64,000 nt of DNA from Desulfatiglandales bacterium (GTDB lineage Bacteria; Desulfobacterota; DSM-4660; Desulfatiglandales; Desulfatiglandaceae): the NCBI GenBank assembly GCA_963662465.1, contig OY759599.1:3776001-3840000 (forward strand), read 5' to 3'. The notes under the pieces are model-generated. The model saw only the letters and a program-made list of their open reading frames with translations, searched no databases and was not told the origin of the DNA. Shown here piece by piece: positions 1 to 8,983 of this stretch. The position numbers and the translations under genes were made by a program. Every line of letters starts with the position of its first letter. The stretch's first letter is position 1.

Positions 1-773
1 AGCGTCTGTTGTACCGAATAGGGGAGATTTCCCACTTCATCCAGGAACAGTGTTCCGCCTTGCGCCAATTCGAAATGTCCGATTTTGTCCGTATGGGCGC
101 CGGTAAACGCTCCCTTCCGATAGCCGAAAAGTTCACTTTCAATGAGGGTTTCGGGAATGGCCCCGCAATCCACTGCCACGAAAGGCCCGTCCTTGACCCT
201 GCTCAGATCATGAATGGCGCCGGCCACAAGTTCTTTTCCCGTACCGCTCTCCCCCTCGATCAGGACCGTGAACGCGGTTGGCGCGACCTTTTTTACGTGC
301 CGAACCAGGGTTTTGACGGCATCGCTTTGCCCCATGCGCTCGTAGAGGGGGGGGCGATCGTTCAGCATGTGTTTTAAGTGTGCTACTTCCTGCTCAAGGC
401 CCTGTTTTTCCAGTGCCCTTTGAATGGCAAACATGAAATTGTCCGGGTTAACCGGTTTGGTAACGTAGTCGTAGACGCCCATTTTCATGGCTTTGACGGC
501 GATTTTGATCTCTGCGTATCCCGTTATAATGACGATGGGCGCTTTCGGCGACAGGCGTTTGATTTCTTCGGCAATTTGAAGACCGTCCCGTCCCGGCATG
601 CGGTAATCCAGCAGGACCAGATCCGGGCGATCATTTTTAAAGCGTGAAAGGGCTTCTTCTCCGTCCCGGGCCTGAAGGACCTCGTAATCCGTTTTTTCCA
701 GCATTTGGGTTGTCAGCCAGAGGAAATCCTCATTGTCATCCACCAGCAGTATTTTCTTTTTGGGTGTACTCAT
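1..773 (-). CDS. Sigma54-dependent NtrC-family response regulator (REC-AAA+), 3' end beyond window edge
   Basis: Translated by hand (not in ORF track): ATG at 773 overlaps the upstream stop as ATGA; MSTPKKKILLVDDNEDF...LLDYRMPG...GESGTGKELVA...ESELFGYRKGAFTGA...LFLDEVGNL. Close paralogue of 26549..27985. Confidence 0.92.
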   Translation of the reverse strand, partial: MSTPKKKILLVDDNEDFLWLTTQMLEKTDYEVLQARDGEEALSRFKNDRPDLVLLDYRMPGRDGLQIAEEIKRLSPKAPIVIITGYAEIKIAVKAMKMGVYDYVTKPVNPDNFMFAIQRALEKQGLEQEVAHLKHMLNDRPPLYERMGQSDAVKTLVRHVKKVAPTAFTVLIEGESGTGKELVAGAIHDLSRVKDGPFVAVDCGAIPETLIESELFGYRKGAFTGAHTDKIGHFELAQGGTLFLDEVGNLPYSVQQT

Positions 774-2749
774 CCCTGTCCCCCGCAAAACACGGCATCG
801 CTTATTTCTTCTAATTGCGCCACGCCACGAACCGGATTGGGAAAAAGGGGCGCCCGCACGATGGTCCTCTGGTGAAAACGGGATTGGATTTCCCGAATAC
901 AGTCTTGCTGCTCGTACCGTTTGAGGGTACAGAACCCGCAATCCGTCGGGGGCAGCACCATATTGACGATAATATGTTCGCACGGTACGTTGGCTTTTAG
1001 AAGGGCGTTCATGAGGCGTTCCAACTCCAGAAAGCCCATCCGTTCGGGAATGGTGACGCTTACGAACCGGGTCTTTTGCGTATCGATCAGCGCTTCCTGA
1101 ATTTGCCGCACATTTTTTGAAAGTGCCAGCGCTTTCTCCGCGGCCCCCGTTAAACGGACCACCCCCTTATATTTCATCAGGAGTCTGAAAAAGACCCGAA
1201 GCCATTGTCTCACCAGGTGGGGCAGTTCCAGAAAACGCAGGAGATGGCCCGTGGGCGAGGTGTCCAAAACAAAAATGTCAAATTGATTTTCCTTTCGTAA
1301 ATCCATCATCTTATCAAGACTCATGATTTCATCCAGTCCGGGCGGGGCCATCTCGAGGATTTCGGTCATCACCTGGCGATCGAATTGGATATCCGTCCCT
1401 TTGGACAGAAAATGGTCAAACAGATCTTTCACCTCCTGCTTAAAGGTCTCTTTGAAATTGAACCATAGCTGTTCCGGATCAATTTCAAGGGCATGGAGGT
1501 TGCTGTCGGCATTAGATGCTGGATTGTATGGTATGGGCGTCAGACGGTTGCCAATGGGGATATCAAAGGAATCGGAGAGGGAATGCGCGGGATCGGTAGA
1601 GAAAAGCAGTATCTTTTTCTCCGGATGCCGATGGGCCAGATGGAGGGCCGCGGCAGCGGCAAGGGTGGTTTTCCCGACGCCGCCTTTTCCCCCGAAAAGA
1701 ATGAATTCCAGGTCGGAATTTAAGGAAACGCAGTCATCGGATTCCGGAACGGATGCTGTGATTTTAACCGGGTTTTCCGATACGGGAAGTCCAACGAGAT
1801 AATCCGCTGTTTTTTTCAGGGCCGAAACACCGTTTATTTCATGGGCAAAAAGGGGGACCTGAATTTTTTCCAAACCGGAAAACGCCGTATCTATTTTTTG
1901 AAGCGCCTGTTTCTGATTTTCCTTTCTGGACCTGCAAAATGGACACGCATCACCTTGCGCCACACGGTTGACAAGCATTTCCCGAACTGGAACGTTTATT
2001 TTTTCGAGGGATTTCAACAATCTTATGGTTTCAAGGACGCTCATCAGTTCCGGAATCAACACGGGAACAAATCGTGTGCTTTCCCGGTTGGAAAGCATCT
2101 TTCGCACCATGTTGATGTCTGAGGAGAGGTTGATTAAAAAAAGGTCGCATTCATCTTTGATATACTTCTTTCCCGTGAAGTGCCTGAACATATAGCGATG
2201 TTTATGCTGCATCAGGTCCATCACGGCAATCCACTTTTTCATCTGGTTTGGCAGGTCAAGCATCCTGACTGTGTGTCCCGTGGGCGCCGTGTCTACAATC
2301 AGGGTGTCGAAGGCGTGTTCTTTTAAGAGTCTCGCCATTTCAATAATGGCCATGACTTCATCCATGCCGGGCAGGGAAAGGTCCAGAAAGTCGGCGATGT
2401 CCTCCTGGTCGAAATACGTCCCCCGTTCCGCCAGTTTCCTGATGACCTCCTGGTTTTTCTCTTTGAAATGGTTCATGAGTTGGGCCGCATCCAGTTCATG
2501 GGCGAAGAGGTTGGACGTGGGGCCTGCCACGGGGGTGATATGATCCCCGATCTGAATGCCGAGGCTGTCCGACAGGGAATGGGCCGGGTCCGTGGAGATG
2601 ATGAGGATTTTCTTCCGTCCACGGGAATTTTCGGCAAGATAAAGGGCCGTCATGGCGGCCATGGTGGTTTTGCCCACGCCGCCCTTTCCACCGAAGAGAA
2701 TGAGGCGGAGGTCTTTGTTTTGCAGGAATTCAGGGATATTGTTCGTCAT
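770..2749 (-). CDS. Tandem-domain ArsA/Get3(TRC40)-family ATPase
   Basis: Two GGKGGVGKTT P-loops, two STDPAHSLSD switch I motifs, DTAPTGH/DTSPTGH switch II, and CPFC/CGFC motifs near each domain end. Start set at MTNNIPE (ORF track extends to 2800). Confidence 0.9.
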   Translation of the reverse strand: MTNNIPEFLQNKDLRLILFGGKGGVGKTTMAAMTALYLAENSRGRKKILIISTDPAHSLSDSLGIQIGDHITPVAGPTSNLFAHELDAAQLMNHFKEKNQEVIRKLAERGTYFDQEDIADFLDLSLPGMDEVMAIIEMARLLKEHAFDTLIVDTAPTGHTVRMLDLPNQMKKWIAVMDLMQHKHRYMFRHFTGKKYIKDECDLFLINLSSDINMVRKMLSNRESTRFVPVLIPELMSVLETIRLLKSLEKINVPVREMLVNRVAQGDACPFCRSRKENQKQALQKIDTAFSGLEKIQVPLFAHEINGVSALKKTADYLVGLPVSENPVKITASVPESDDCVSLNSDLEFILFGGKGGVGKTTLAAAAALHLAHRHPEKKILLFSTDPAHSLSDSFDIPIGNRLTPIPYNPASNADSNLHALEIDPEQLWFNFKETFKQEVKDLFDHFLSKGTDIQFDRQVMTEILEMAPPGLDEIMSLDKMMDLRKENQFDIFVLDTSPTGHLLRFLELPHLVRQWLRVFFRLLMKYKGVVRLTGAAEKALALSKNVRQIQEALIDTQKTRFVSVTIPERMGFLELERLMNALLKANVPCEHIIVNMVLPPTDCGFCTLKRYEQQDCIREIQSRFHQRTIVRAPLFPNPVRGVAQLEEISDAVFCGGQG

Positions 2750-2802
2750 TATAACCGCCCAAAAACATTGATTTACGCGCCTAAATGTGTTAAGCGGCAA
2801 AC

Positions 2803-2988
2803 ATGGAGATAACAGATGATAGATTAAAAAACTTGGCTAAATTAATTTACGATGTCGGTAAATTGACGTTTGGTGCGCTTGTCCTTGGTAGTTTGATCTC
2901 AACGGATCCTTTTAAGCTAAAGTATTTCATAGGTGGCTTGACCTTATTCATAATTTGTTTTGCCATCGCATTCATTCTTGACAGATAG
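2803..2988 (+). CDS. Small two-TM membrane protein (61 aa), resembles DUF6722-like small proteins
   Basis: LAKLIYDVGKLTFGALVLGSL...YFIGGLTLFIICFAIAFIL; AT-rich, antisense to the surrounding operon. Confidence 0.6.
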   Translation: MEITDDRLKNLAKLIYDVGKLTFGALVLGSLISTDPFKLKYFIGGLTLFIICFAIAFILDR

Positions 2989-2997
2989 GAGATTCTT

Positions 2998-3096
2998 ATG
3001 GATGGTCTGACCCTGCTTCTTTTTGGTGGTTCATTGTTCATCTTAGTATTTGGTCTGTTCGTTTACTATTTAAAAAAACACCAACAGGCTCAATAG
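2998..3096 (+). CDS. 32-aa single-TM peptide
   Basis: AGGAG-type RBS then ATG at 2998; MDGLTLLLFGGSLFILVFGLFVYYLKKHQQAQ*. Below the ORF-track length cutoff. Confidence 0.55.
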   Translation: MDGLTLLLFGGSLFILVFGLFVYYLKKHQQAQ

Positions 3097-3097
3097 C

Positions 3098-4024
3098 TCA
3101 AGAAAGTACCGAACCGAAAGAATCCTTGTTGAATCTTATTTCCAGCAGGTTGTTTCGAATCCGCAGTTCATAGCCTTCCGGGCTGACCCTCGCCCCCAGG
3201 GAAAGATCCACCCGTAATGAAGCACCGATTTTGTGGCATCTGACCGTGACATGGTCGCCGTGAAAATCAAGCTTCAAATCGTCCGGCAAAACCCCTTTGA
3301 TCTCCATGATGACCCGGATTTGTTCTCCTTCGTCAAAAATGTCCACCAGTCGATCCCCATTGGGCAGGAAACGCTCTTTTCTTCCAATGAGCCACCAGCT
3401 GAAGGTGATGATTTCTCCGGTTTCCGGATCGGGTTTTCTTTTTTCAAAGGAGAGGATAGGGCATCCCAGCTCTTTTTCGGCAATGGGATTGATGGTTTCG
3501 CGAATGACCAGCAGGACATGCATATGATTGGGGGCCTGGATTACCTCAGCCAGGCGGTTGATCGTGGAGTGCCCGTTTTCCCAGAGATGCCATAAAATAT
3601 CCCGACCGTCGGAATCCAATTGTCCTGAAATTTTTTGAATGGTTGCCAGATCCACCTTCAGGAAACGAAGCTGCAGTATTTTCTTTTTCCATATATGGAT
3701 CTTGTTGGTGACAAAAAGAACATTGCCGATTCTTGAACCCGTTTTACCCTGATAAGTGATTCGCAGGGTGGGCCTGGTTTTCAGAACGTAATAATGCTTT
3801 TCATCGTGCAGCTTTTGAATGTCTTCAAGGGAAACCTGAAATCGAATCTCGGGTCTCAAAAAAAAGATCAGCCGTTTGTTGGTCAGAAAACACTCCACGG
3901 GTCGCCAGCCGGCCCGATGGGTTTGCCGAAAGCCGCCCTGATCCGTGAGAATGACATCCTCCCCGGGCAGAAACTCAGGTTTTGATCTGGGCAGCGGCGG
4001 CATGCTTCGTTTGGCCTGTCTCAT
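3098..4024 (-). CDS. Multidomain protein: PH/GRAM-like N-domain, winged-helix-like middle, C-terminal Hsp20/GvpH-like domain
   Basis: GWRPVECFLTNKRLIFF (PH/GRAM-like); DILWHLWENGHSTINRLAEVI (HTH-like); VDIFDEGEQIRVIMEIKGV...RNNLLEIRF (alpha-crystallin-like). Confidence 0.65.
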   Translation of the reverse strand: MRQAKRSMPPLPRSKPEFLPGEDVILTDQGGFRQTHRAGWRPVECFLTNKRLIFFLRPEIRFQVSLEDIQKLHDEKHYYVLKTRPTLRITYQGKTGSRIGNVLFVTNKIHIWKKKILQLRFLKVDLATIQKISGQLDSDGRDILWHLWENGHSTINRLAEVIQAPNHMHVLLVIRETINPIAEKELGCPILSFEKRKPDPETGEIITFSWWLIGRKERFLPNGDRLVDIFDEGEQIRVIMEIKGVLPDDLKLDFHGDHVTVRCHKIGASLRVDLSLGARVSPEGYELRIRNNLLEIRFNKDSFGSVLS

Positions 4025-4051
4025 AGGTCCTCAAATGGATTTTGGGTTAAA

Positions 4052-4077
4052 GGGCAACCACAGGGGGTTGCCCCTAC
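4052..4077 (-). repeat. GTAG-type REP-like palindrome overlapping the dnaK stop codon
   Basis: Minus strand GTAGGGGCAACCCCCTGTGGTTGCCC: GTAG tetranucleotide followed by a GGGCAACC/GGTTGCCC hairpin. Confidence 0.6.
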
Positions 4078-5786
4078 GCCTCTTTCAAAAGCTCCCGTAA
4101 CTGCCCGGTCAAGTCTTTTATGATGCCGGGGTCGCCTTCAAACAAGGCCTCTTTCAGATCAAAAACAACGTCTTCGATTTTATTTTCATAAGCCTTTGAC
4201 ATGCCCTTTTTTTCCGTCAGGGTGCATTCCGCCGCACGCATCATGCTGTCGGCCCGAATGTTGATCTCGGTTTCTTCCCGTCTTTTCATGTCCTCCAGAA
4301 CAGCGACTTCCGCTTCCCCAATAGCCCTGGCCACTTCTTCGTCGGACAACAGGTGTGAGGCGTCGATTTCGATGCCCGTTTGTTGTTCCGTATAGAGGTC
4401 CGTGGCGGACACGTGAACAATGCCGTTCACATCAATTTCAAAATTGACCTCTACCTTGCCTTTTCCCCTGGGAAGGGGCGGAAGTCCGGTCAATTTGAAC
4501 TGGCCGAGGCTGATGTTGTCTTCGGCCATTTCCCGTTCTCCCTGAAGCACGTGAAAATCCATTTCCACCTGGTTGTCCTCCGCGTTGGTGAAGATCTGTC
4601 CAGCGGAGGTGGGGATGGTGGCATTTCTTTCAATGATTCGGGCAAAAAGGCCCCCTTCCGTTTCAATTCCCAGGGAAAGAGGCGTGACGTCCACCAGAAC
4701 CACATCGTCAATTTCCCCCGTGAGAACGCCGGCCTGAATAGCGGCGCCGATTCCCACCACTTCATCGGGGTTGATGCGGATAAAGGGCTTTCGGTGAAAG
4801 GTCTTTTCCACCATACGTCGTATGGCGGGCATCCGTGTGGCGCCGCCCACCAGAACAACCCGATCGATTTGCTCGGGGGTCAACCGGGCATCTTTCAAGG
4901 CCTGCAGGGTTGGGGGCAGGAGTCCATCGCGCAAATCAGCGGTGATGGCTTCAAAGGTGTCCCGCTCCAGGGAGATGGTTTCCGTGTCTCCCGTATGATG
5001 GGCTATTTTCAGGAAATGCAGGGGGATATCGATGCGCGGTTTGAAAGAAAGGTCCCTCTTGGCTTTTTCCGCCACTTCCTTCAACTGTTCCATTTCCATT
5101 GCGTCGGAACGGATGCGGCGTCCGAATTGATGCAAAATCTGGTCGGATAGATGGGCGACCAGCCTTTCATCCCAGTCGTCCCCGCCTAGCCGGGTATTGC
5201 CGTTGACCGCTTTTACGTGAAAGATGCCGTCTCCCAGCTCCAGAATGGATACATCAAAGGTGCCGCCGCCCAGGTCCCATACCAGAATGGTTTGAATGTT
5301 TTCGCGGTCCAGACCGTAGGCCAAGGCGGCGGCCGTGGGTTCATTGATGATGCGCATCACATCGAGGCCAGCCAGGATTCCCGCCTCCCGGGTAGTTTGG
5401 CGTTGGGCGTCAGTGAAATAGGCGGGCACGGTAATGACTGCCTTTTTAACTGGCATTTTCAGGTAGGTTTCCGCATCGGTTTTTATTTTTCGCAGGATAA
5501 AAGCGGAAATTTCCTGGGGGGAATAGGCCTTGCCATTAAGGGAGACCCTGTGATCCATACCCATATATCGTTTAATAGAGCTGATGGTATTGGCTGGATT
5601 GGCCGCCGCCTGTCTTTTAGCCACTGAGCCCACCAGGCGATGTCCGAGGGCTGTTTCCGCCACAACGGAAGGCGTCAGATTTTCGCCTTCAGCGTTGGGA
5701 ATGACCCTGGCCCGTCCGTTTTCTATTACGGCAGCCACCGAATAGGTGGTGCCCAGGTCTATGCCGATTGCTTTATCCATGTCCAT
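4074..5786 (-). CDS. dnaK: Hsp70/DnaK chaperone (cluster-specific paralogue, short C-terminus)
   Basis: GIDLGTT, TVPAYF, INEPTAAALAYG, DLGGGTFDVS, LVGGATRMP, DVVLVDVTPLSLGIET linker, intact substrate-binding domain. Confidence 0.93.
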   Translation of the reverse strand: MDMDKAIGIDLGTTYSVAAVIENGRARVIPNAEGENLTPSVVAETALGHRLVGSVAKRQAAANPANTISSIKRYMGMDHRVSLNGKAYSPQEISAFILRKIKTDAETYLKMPVKKAVITVPAYFTDAQRQTTREAGILAGLDVMRIINEPTAAALAYGLDRENIQTILVWDLGGGTFDVSILELGDGIFHVKAVNGNTRLGGDDWDERLVAHLSDQILHQFGRRIRSDAMEMEQLKEVAEKAKRDLSFKPRIDIPLHFLKIAHHTGDTETISLERDTFEAITADLRDGLLPPTLQALKDARLTPEQIDRVVLVGGATRMPAIRRMVEKTFHRKPFIRINPDEVVGIGAAIQAGVLTGEIDDVVLVDVTPLSLGIETEGGLFARIIERNATIPTSAGQIFTNAEDNQVEMDFHVLQGEREMAEDNISLGQFKLTGLPPLPRGKGKVEVNFEIDVNGIVHVSATDLYTEQQTGIEIDASHLLSDEEVARAIGEAEVAVLEDMKRREETEINIRADSMMRAAECTLTEKKGMSKAYENKIEDVVFDLKEALFEGDPGIIKDLTGQLRELLKEA

Positions 5787-6399
5787 TGCTATCGCTTTCC
5801 TGAAACTGGTTGAGGGTCTGAAGGATTTTTTCTTCCGTGAAGGGTTTATCGATAAAGCTGTGAACCCCTTTTTCCTTGGCGTCCACCATCCGGTCCTCGC
5901 TGCCGTATGCGCTGATAATCACCACAAAGGTTTCAGAGCATTTTGCCTTGATGACGGGAAGCATGTTCATTCCGTCGCCATCGGGCAGTTTCAGGTCCAG
6001 CAAGATGAGATCGGGTTTTTTTCCCAGGGATCGAATGCCCTCACGAATGGTGTTGGCGGTGCATACATTGTAACCCTTTTCCTTCAAGGCGATCGACAGG
6101 AGCCAGCACAGATCTTCCTCATCGTCTACGATCAGAATATTTCTGATCTTTTTTTTGTGAATGAGGGGAGGGGCTTGTTCGGCCTGTTTTCTTCTCAGCC
6201 GTTCTTTTTCTCGCTTTTCAAAATATGGTTTTAATTCTTTCAATTCTTCGGGCTTGCGCCACCCGGAAAGGCCGCTTCGCCATACAAGGGCCTCGTCCCG
6301 CTTGATGATTCCCTTGAGTATCCAGCTCTTGAGCCTGGCATGATACACCGCGCTGTAGGTGTCCGCTCCTCGCCTCACATCGTATTTGAATTCTCGCAT
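5773..6399 (-). CDS. GYF_2/DUF4339-like domain fused to a response-regulator receiver domain
   Basis: LKSWILKGIIKRDEALVWRSGLSGWRKPEELKEL (GYF_2-like), then ILIVDDEE...LLDLKLPDGDG...ISAY...KPF. Confidence 0.8.
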   Translation of the reverse strand: MREFKYDVRRGADTYSAVYHARLKSWILKGIIKRDEALVWRSGLSGWRKPEELKELKPYFEKREKERLRRKQAEQAPPLIHKKKIRNILIVDDEEDLCWLLSIALKEKGYNVCTANTIREGIRSLGKKPDLILLDLKLPDGDGMNMLPVIKAKCSETFVVIISAYGSEDRMVDAKEKGVHSFIDKPFTEEKILQTLNQFQESDSNGHG

Positions 6400-6408
6400 A
6401 AGCCTTCT

Positions 6409-7131
6409 CTAATGCATGGGTAGCGAAATGGTAAAAAGTGCCCCTTTTCCCCGTTGACTTTCGACGCTGATGGTACCGCCATGACTGACCACGGTCCCAT
6501 AGGTCACGGACAATCCAAGACCGATTCCGGAAGCCTTGGTGCTGAAAAACGGGTCGAATATGCGAATAATATCCTCTTCCGGGATGCCGAGCCCCGTATC
6601 CTTGATTTTGATCACGAAATAGCGTCCTTCAATCCCGGTCTCAAGGGTCATGACGCCCCCGTCGGGCATGGCGTCCAAGGCGTTGATCATGACGTTTGAA
6701 AAGACCCGGGTAATCTGTTCCCGGTCCACGTTGATGACCGGGAACCCCGGGCAATAGGCTTTGCGGATGCCGACCTGTTGGGCGGTAATCTTGGCTTTGA
6801 TGGAATCCAGCGTGTTTTCCAGGATGCCGTTGATGTCATGGGGTTGAATATTGAGCTTGGGGGGCCTTGCACAGTTTAACAATTCGGTAATCAAAAAATT
6901 GATCCGTTCCGTATTCCGAACCAGGATTTCGATATGTTTGGCCCAGGGACTATCCTTAGGAAAGGCTTCCCTCAGTTGTCTGACCGACATGGACACATTG
7001 GTCAGGGGATTTCGGATTTCATGGGCGATGCTGGCGGCGATTCGCCCTGTAAAGGCAAGCCTCTCTGAGAGAACGAACTCTTCCTTTCTGGTTTTTCGTT
7101 CTTCGCTGTCGGTTGTAACGGGTGCGTCCAT
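6409..7131 (-). CDS. Cytoplasmic histidine kinase without sensor domain (HisKA-HATPase)
   Basis: AHEIRNPL H-box, NVMINALDAM N-box, DTGLGI, FDPFFSTK, GIGLGL. Start at MDAPV with GAGGG upstream (ORF track start 7218). Confidence 0.9.
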   Translation of the reverse strand: MDAPVTTDSEERKTRKEEFVLSERLAFTGRIAASIAHEIRNPLTNVSMSVRQLREAFPKDSPWAKHIEILVRNTERINFLITELLNCARPPKLNIQPHDINGILENTLDSIKAKITAQQVGIRKAYCPGFPVINVDREQITRVFSNVMINALDAMPDGGVMTLETGIEGRYFVIKIKDTGLGIPEEDIIRIFDPFFSTKASGIGLGLSVTYGTVVSHGGTISVESQRGKGALFTISLPMH

Positions 7132-7157
7132 TTTTTCCCTCATATGAAAGTGGCGGG

Positions 7158-7880
7158 TTAGACCGATGCCCTGATCTCCGGAATTTTTCCAGCTGAAACA
7201 GGACTGCGCCAGCCACATTCGGCGCAGCCGTTTTCAAGCAGTATTTGAACCAAATCAAGCTTCCCGCATTGGGGGCAGGTCTCTCTTTCTTTTTCCGAAA
7301 GGTCCTGAACATCGAAACCTGAATCGAGAATGGCGGCTTCCAGGTTTTTGCGCAATTGCCGAATATGCAGCGATGTCAATCGGCGCCACCGGTTCCCTTT
7401 CAACAGAAGATGCAGTTCCCGTCGCGGTTTTTTCCCGGGAGATGCTTCTTCCTCACTGTGCGCCAGGCCCCGTATTTCGGCAAGGGGCGTTTCGAACAGG
7501 ATCTTTTGGAAATCTTCATGATAAAGGATCAAACGCCCGGGCGTCAGGTAAAAGCGGCCGTACTGCCAGGTATTGAACAACCCGTCGGTCGAGTGGCAGG
7601 CGCCCGGTACTTTGAGGAGTACTTTTTCCCCGGCGATCAAATCATCCTGCTTCTCCTGTCTGTTTTTCCGTTCCCACTCCCTGGTTTTCTCGTCCCACGC
7701 CTGCATGACCCCGTATTTCAGCATGGTTTCCATGCCTGCCAACGCCGCCCGGAGATTGACGCCAATGAGCGGAATGCCCGCAACAGATACGATGAGGTCC
7801 GCATGAATGACCAGGCCCTTGTCCAGAACGCGATCCAGGAGGTCGACTAACGTTGCGTGGGTATTTCGTTTGGGGATCAT
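7158..7880 (-). CDS. gvpM: GvpM-like (GvpA/J family) protein fused to a PH/GRAM-like domain and a C-terminal Zn ribbon
   Basis: LVDLLDRVLDKGLVIHADLIVSVAGIPLIGVNLRAALAGMETMLKYG resembles haloarchaeal GvpM (ADIPLIGISLRAAIAGM); then WQYGRFYLTPGRLIL and CPQC...GCAECGW. Confidence 0.8.
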   Translation of the reverse strand: MIPKRNTHATLVDLLDRVLDKGLVIHADLIVSVAGIPLIGVNLRAALAGMETMLKYGVMQAWDEKTREWERKNRQEKQDDLIAGEKVLLKVPGACHSTDGLFNTWQYGRFYLTPGRLILYHEDFQKILFETPLAEIRGLAHSEEEASPGKKPRRELHLLLKGNRWRRLTSLHIRQLRKNLEAAILDSGFDVQDLSEKERETCPQCGKLDLVQILLENGCAECGWRSPVSAGKIPEIRASV

Positions 7881-7882
7881 AA

Positions 7883-7959
7883 TATCAGTTTTCAGTGGTC
7901 AGTTGTCAGTTATCAGAAGTTTCTATTCAGTGATCCCTGTCCCCTGATCCCTGCCCCCT
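7883..7959. repeat. Degenerate heptamer tandem repeats (TCAGTT-type and GATCCCT-type)
   Basis: atcagtt ttcagtg gtcagtt gtcagtt atcag and gatccct gtcccct gatccct gccccct in the gvpL-gvpM spacer. Confidence 0.7.
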
Positions 7960-7960
7960 T

Positions 7961-8965
7961 TTAAACAAAACTGTACGGTGGCCATGGGCCGGTGTAACGA
8001 ACGGAAAAGCCTTCCCGCCCGTCAATTTTTTCCAGCGCTTCGCCCAGTTTTTCACTTTGATCTTTTGGGAGCAGGCAGGACAGGTTCAAGAGCATCTGCC
8101 GCTCTTCATCATCGGTTTTTTTGGTCTTTTCAACCCGAATATCATCGGTATAATTTCTGATCTCTTCATAAAATTCCTGAAAGCATTGATCCGCCTTGTT
8201 TGCCATCTCATTTTTCAGCAGTTCTTCCAGTTTTTGGCGATACATATAGGCGATTCCTTTGGGTTTTGTTTTGATCTCCTCCCGCAATTGGTTTATTGGG
8301 GCGCTCTCATCGCTGATTTGTTGGGCCATGGTCTTCGTTTCCCAGAAGATTTGTACGCCGTATTCGGCTTTATTCCTGATTTTGGTCATTTTCAAGGTCA
8401 AATTGTCGTAATCGCCTTCAATCCATTGTTGCATATTCTTTTTCGGGTCTTGATCCCCTTTGCCGCAAATGATGGTGTCAAAGCCCATGGGAATGATGGT
8501 CCCGAATTTTTCCCCAGCCGCATCCACCACCTTCTGATGGGTTAGCACCCAGACTTTGACAATGTCTTGGTCGTCAGACTGATAGGGTTCGGCGGTGCAG
8601 TTATGGACGATTGCGGAGAGGTTGCCGAAGGGAATGGTGTAAACTTCATTTGCTTCAAGTCCCATATTGCCGAGGGTTATTTCGTGGTCGCCGTCGGCAA
8701 TGCCGTAAAGATAAAGGCCGATTGCGGATTGCGGATTGCGGATTGCGGATTGCGGGTCTCTCAACTCAGGCTTCCGGGTTTCCTCCTTTTCATCTTCAGG
8801 ATTCCATTCCGGTAGTTCACCCAGGGTATGGGTGATTTCCGCTCGAATGGCCGCTCTGAGTTGCGGCAGAAGGGATGTTGCCACAATCTCTTTTATGGTT
8901 TCCCTGTTTTCCGAAAGGATGGCGTTGATTTCCTCTCGTACCATTTTTTCGATGATTGCTTTCAA
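7961..8965 (-). CDS. gvpL: GvpL/GvpF-family protein with N-terminal extension
   Basis: GLYLYGI, HQKVVD, IPMGFDTI, EYGVQIF and C-terminal YTGPWPPYSFV. Confidence 0.88.
   Translation of the reverse strand: MKAIIEKMVREEINAILSENRETIKEIVATSLLPQLRAAIRAEITHTLGELPEWNPEDEKEETRKPELRDPQSAIRNPQSAIGLYLYGIADGDHEITLGNMGLEANEVYTIPFGNLSAIVHNCTAEPYQSDDQDIVKVWVLTHQKVVDAAGEKFGTIIPMGFDTIICGKGDQDPKKNMQQWIEGDYDNLTLKMTKIRNKAEYGVQIFWETKTMAQQISDESAPINQLREEIKTKPKGIAYMYRQKLEELLKNEMANKADQCFQEFYEEIRNYTDDIRVEKTKKTDDEERQMLLNLSCLLPKDQSEKLGEALEKIDGREGFSVRYTGPWPPYSFV
8721..8755 (+). repeat. (ATTGCGG)5 heptamer array inside the gvpL coding sequence
   Basis: Five perfect units, translated on the minus strand as PQSAIRNPQSAI. 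Confidence 0.95.
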
Positions 8966-8983
8966 TTGACGGCTTTTCGCTCC

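Noticed and set aside
770..2749. Arsenic-resistance ArsA
   Set aside because: No ars operon genes in the window and no GACT metalloid motif; Get3-like CxxC motifs are present instead.
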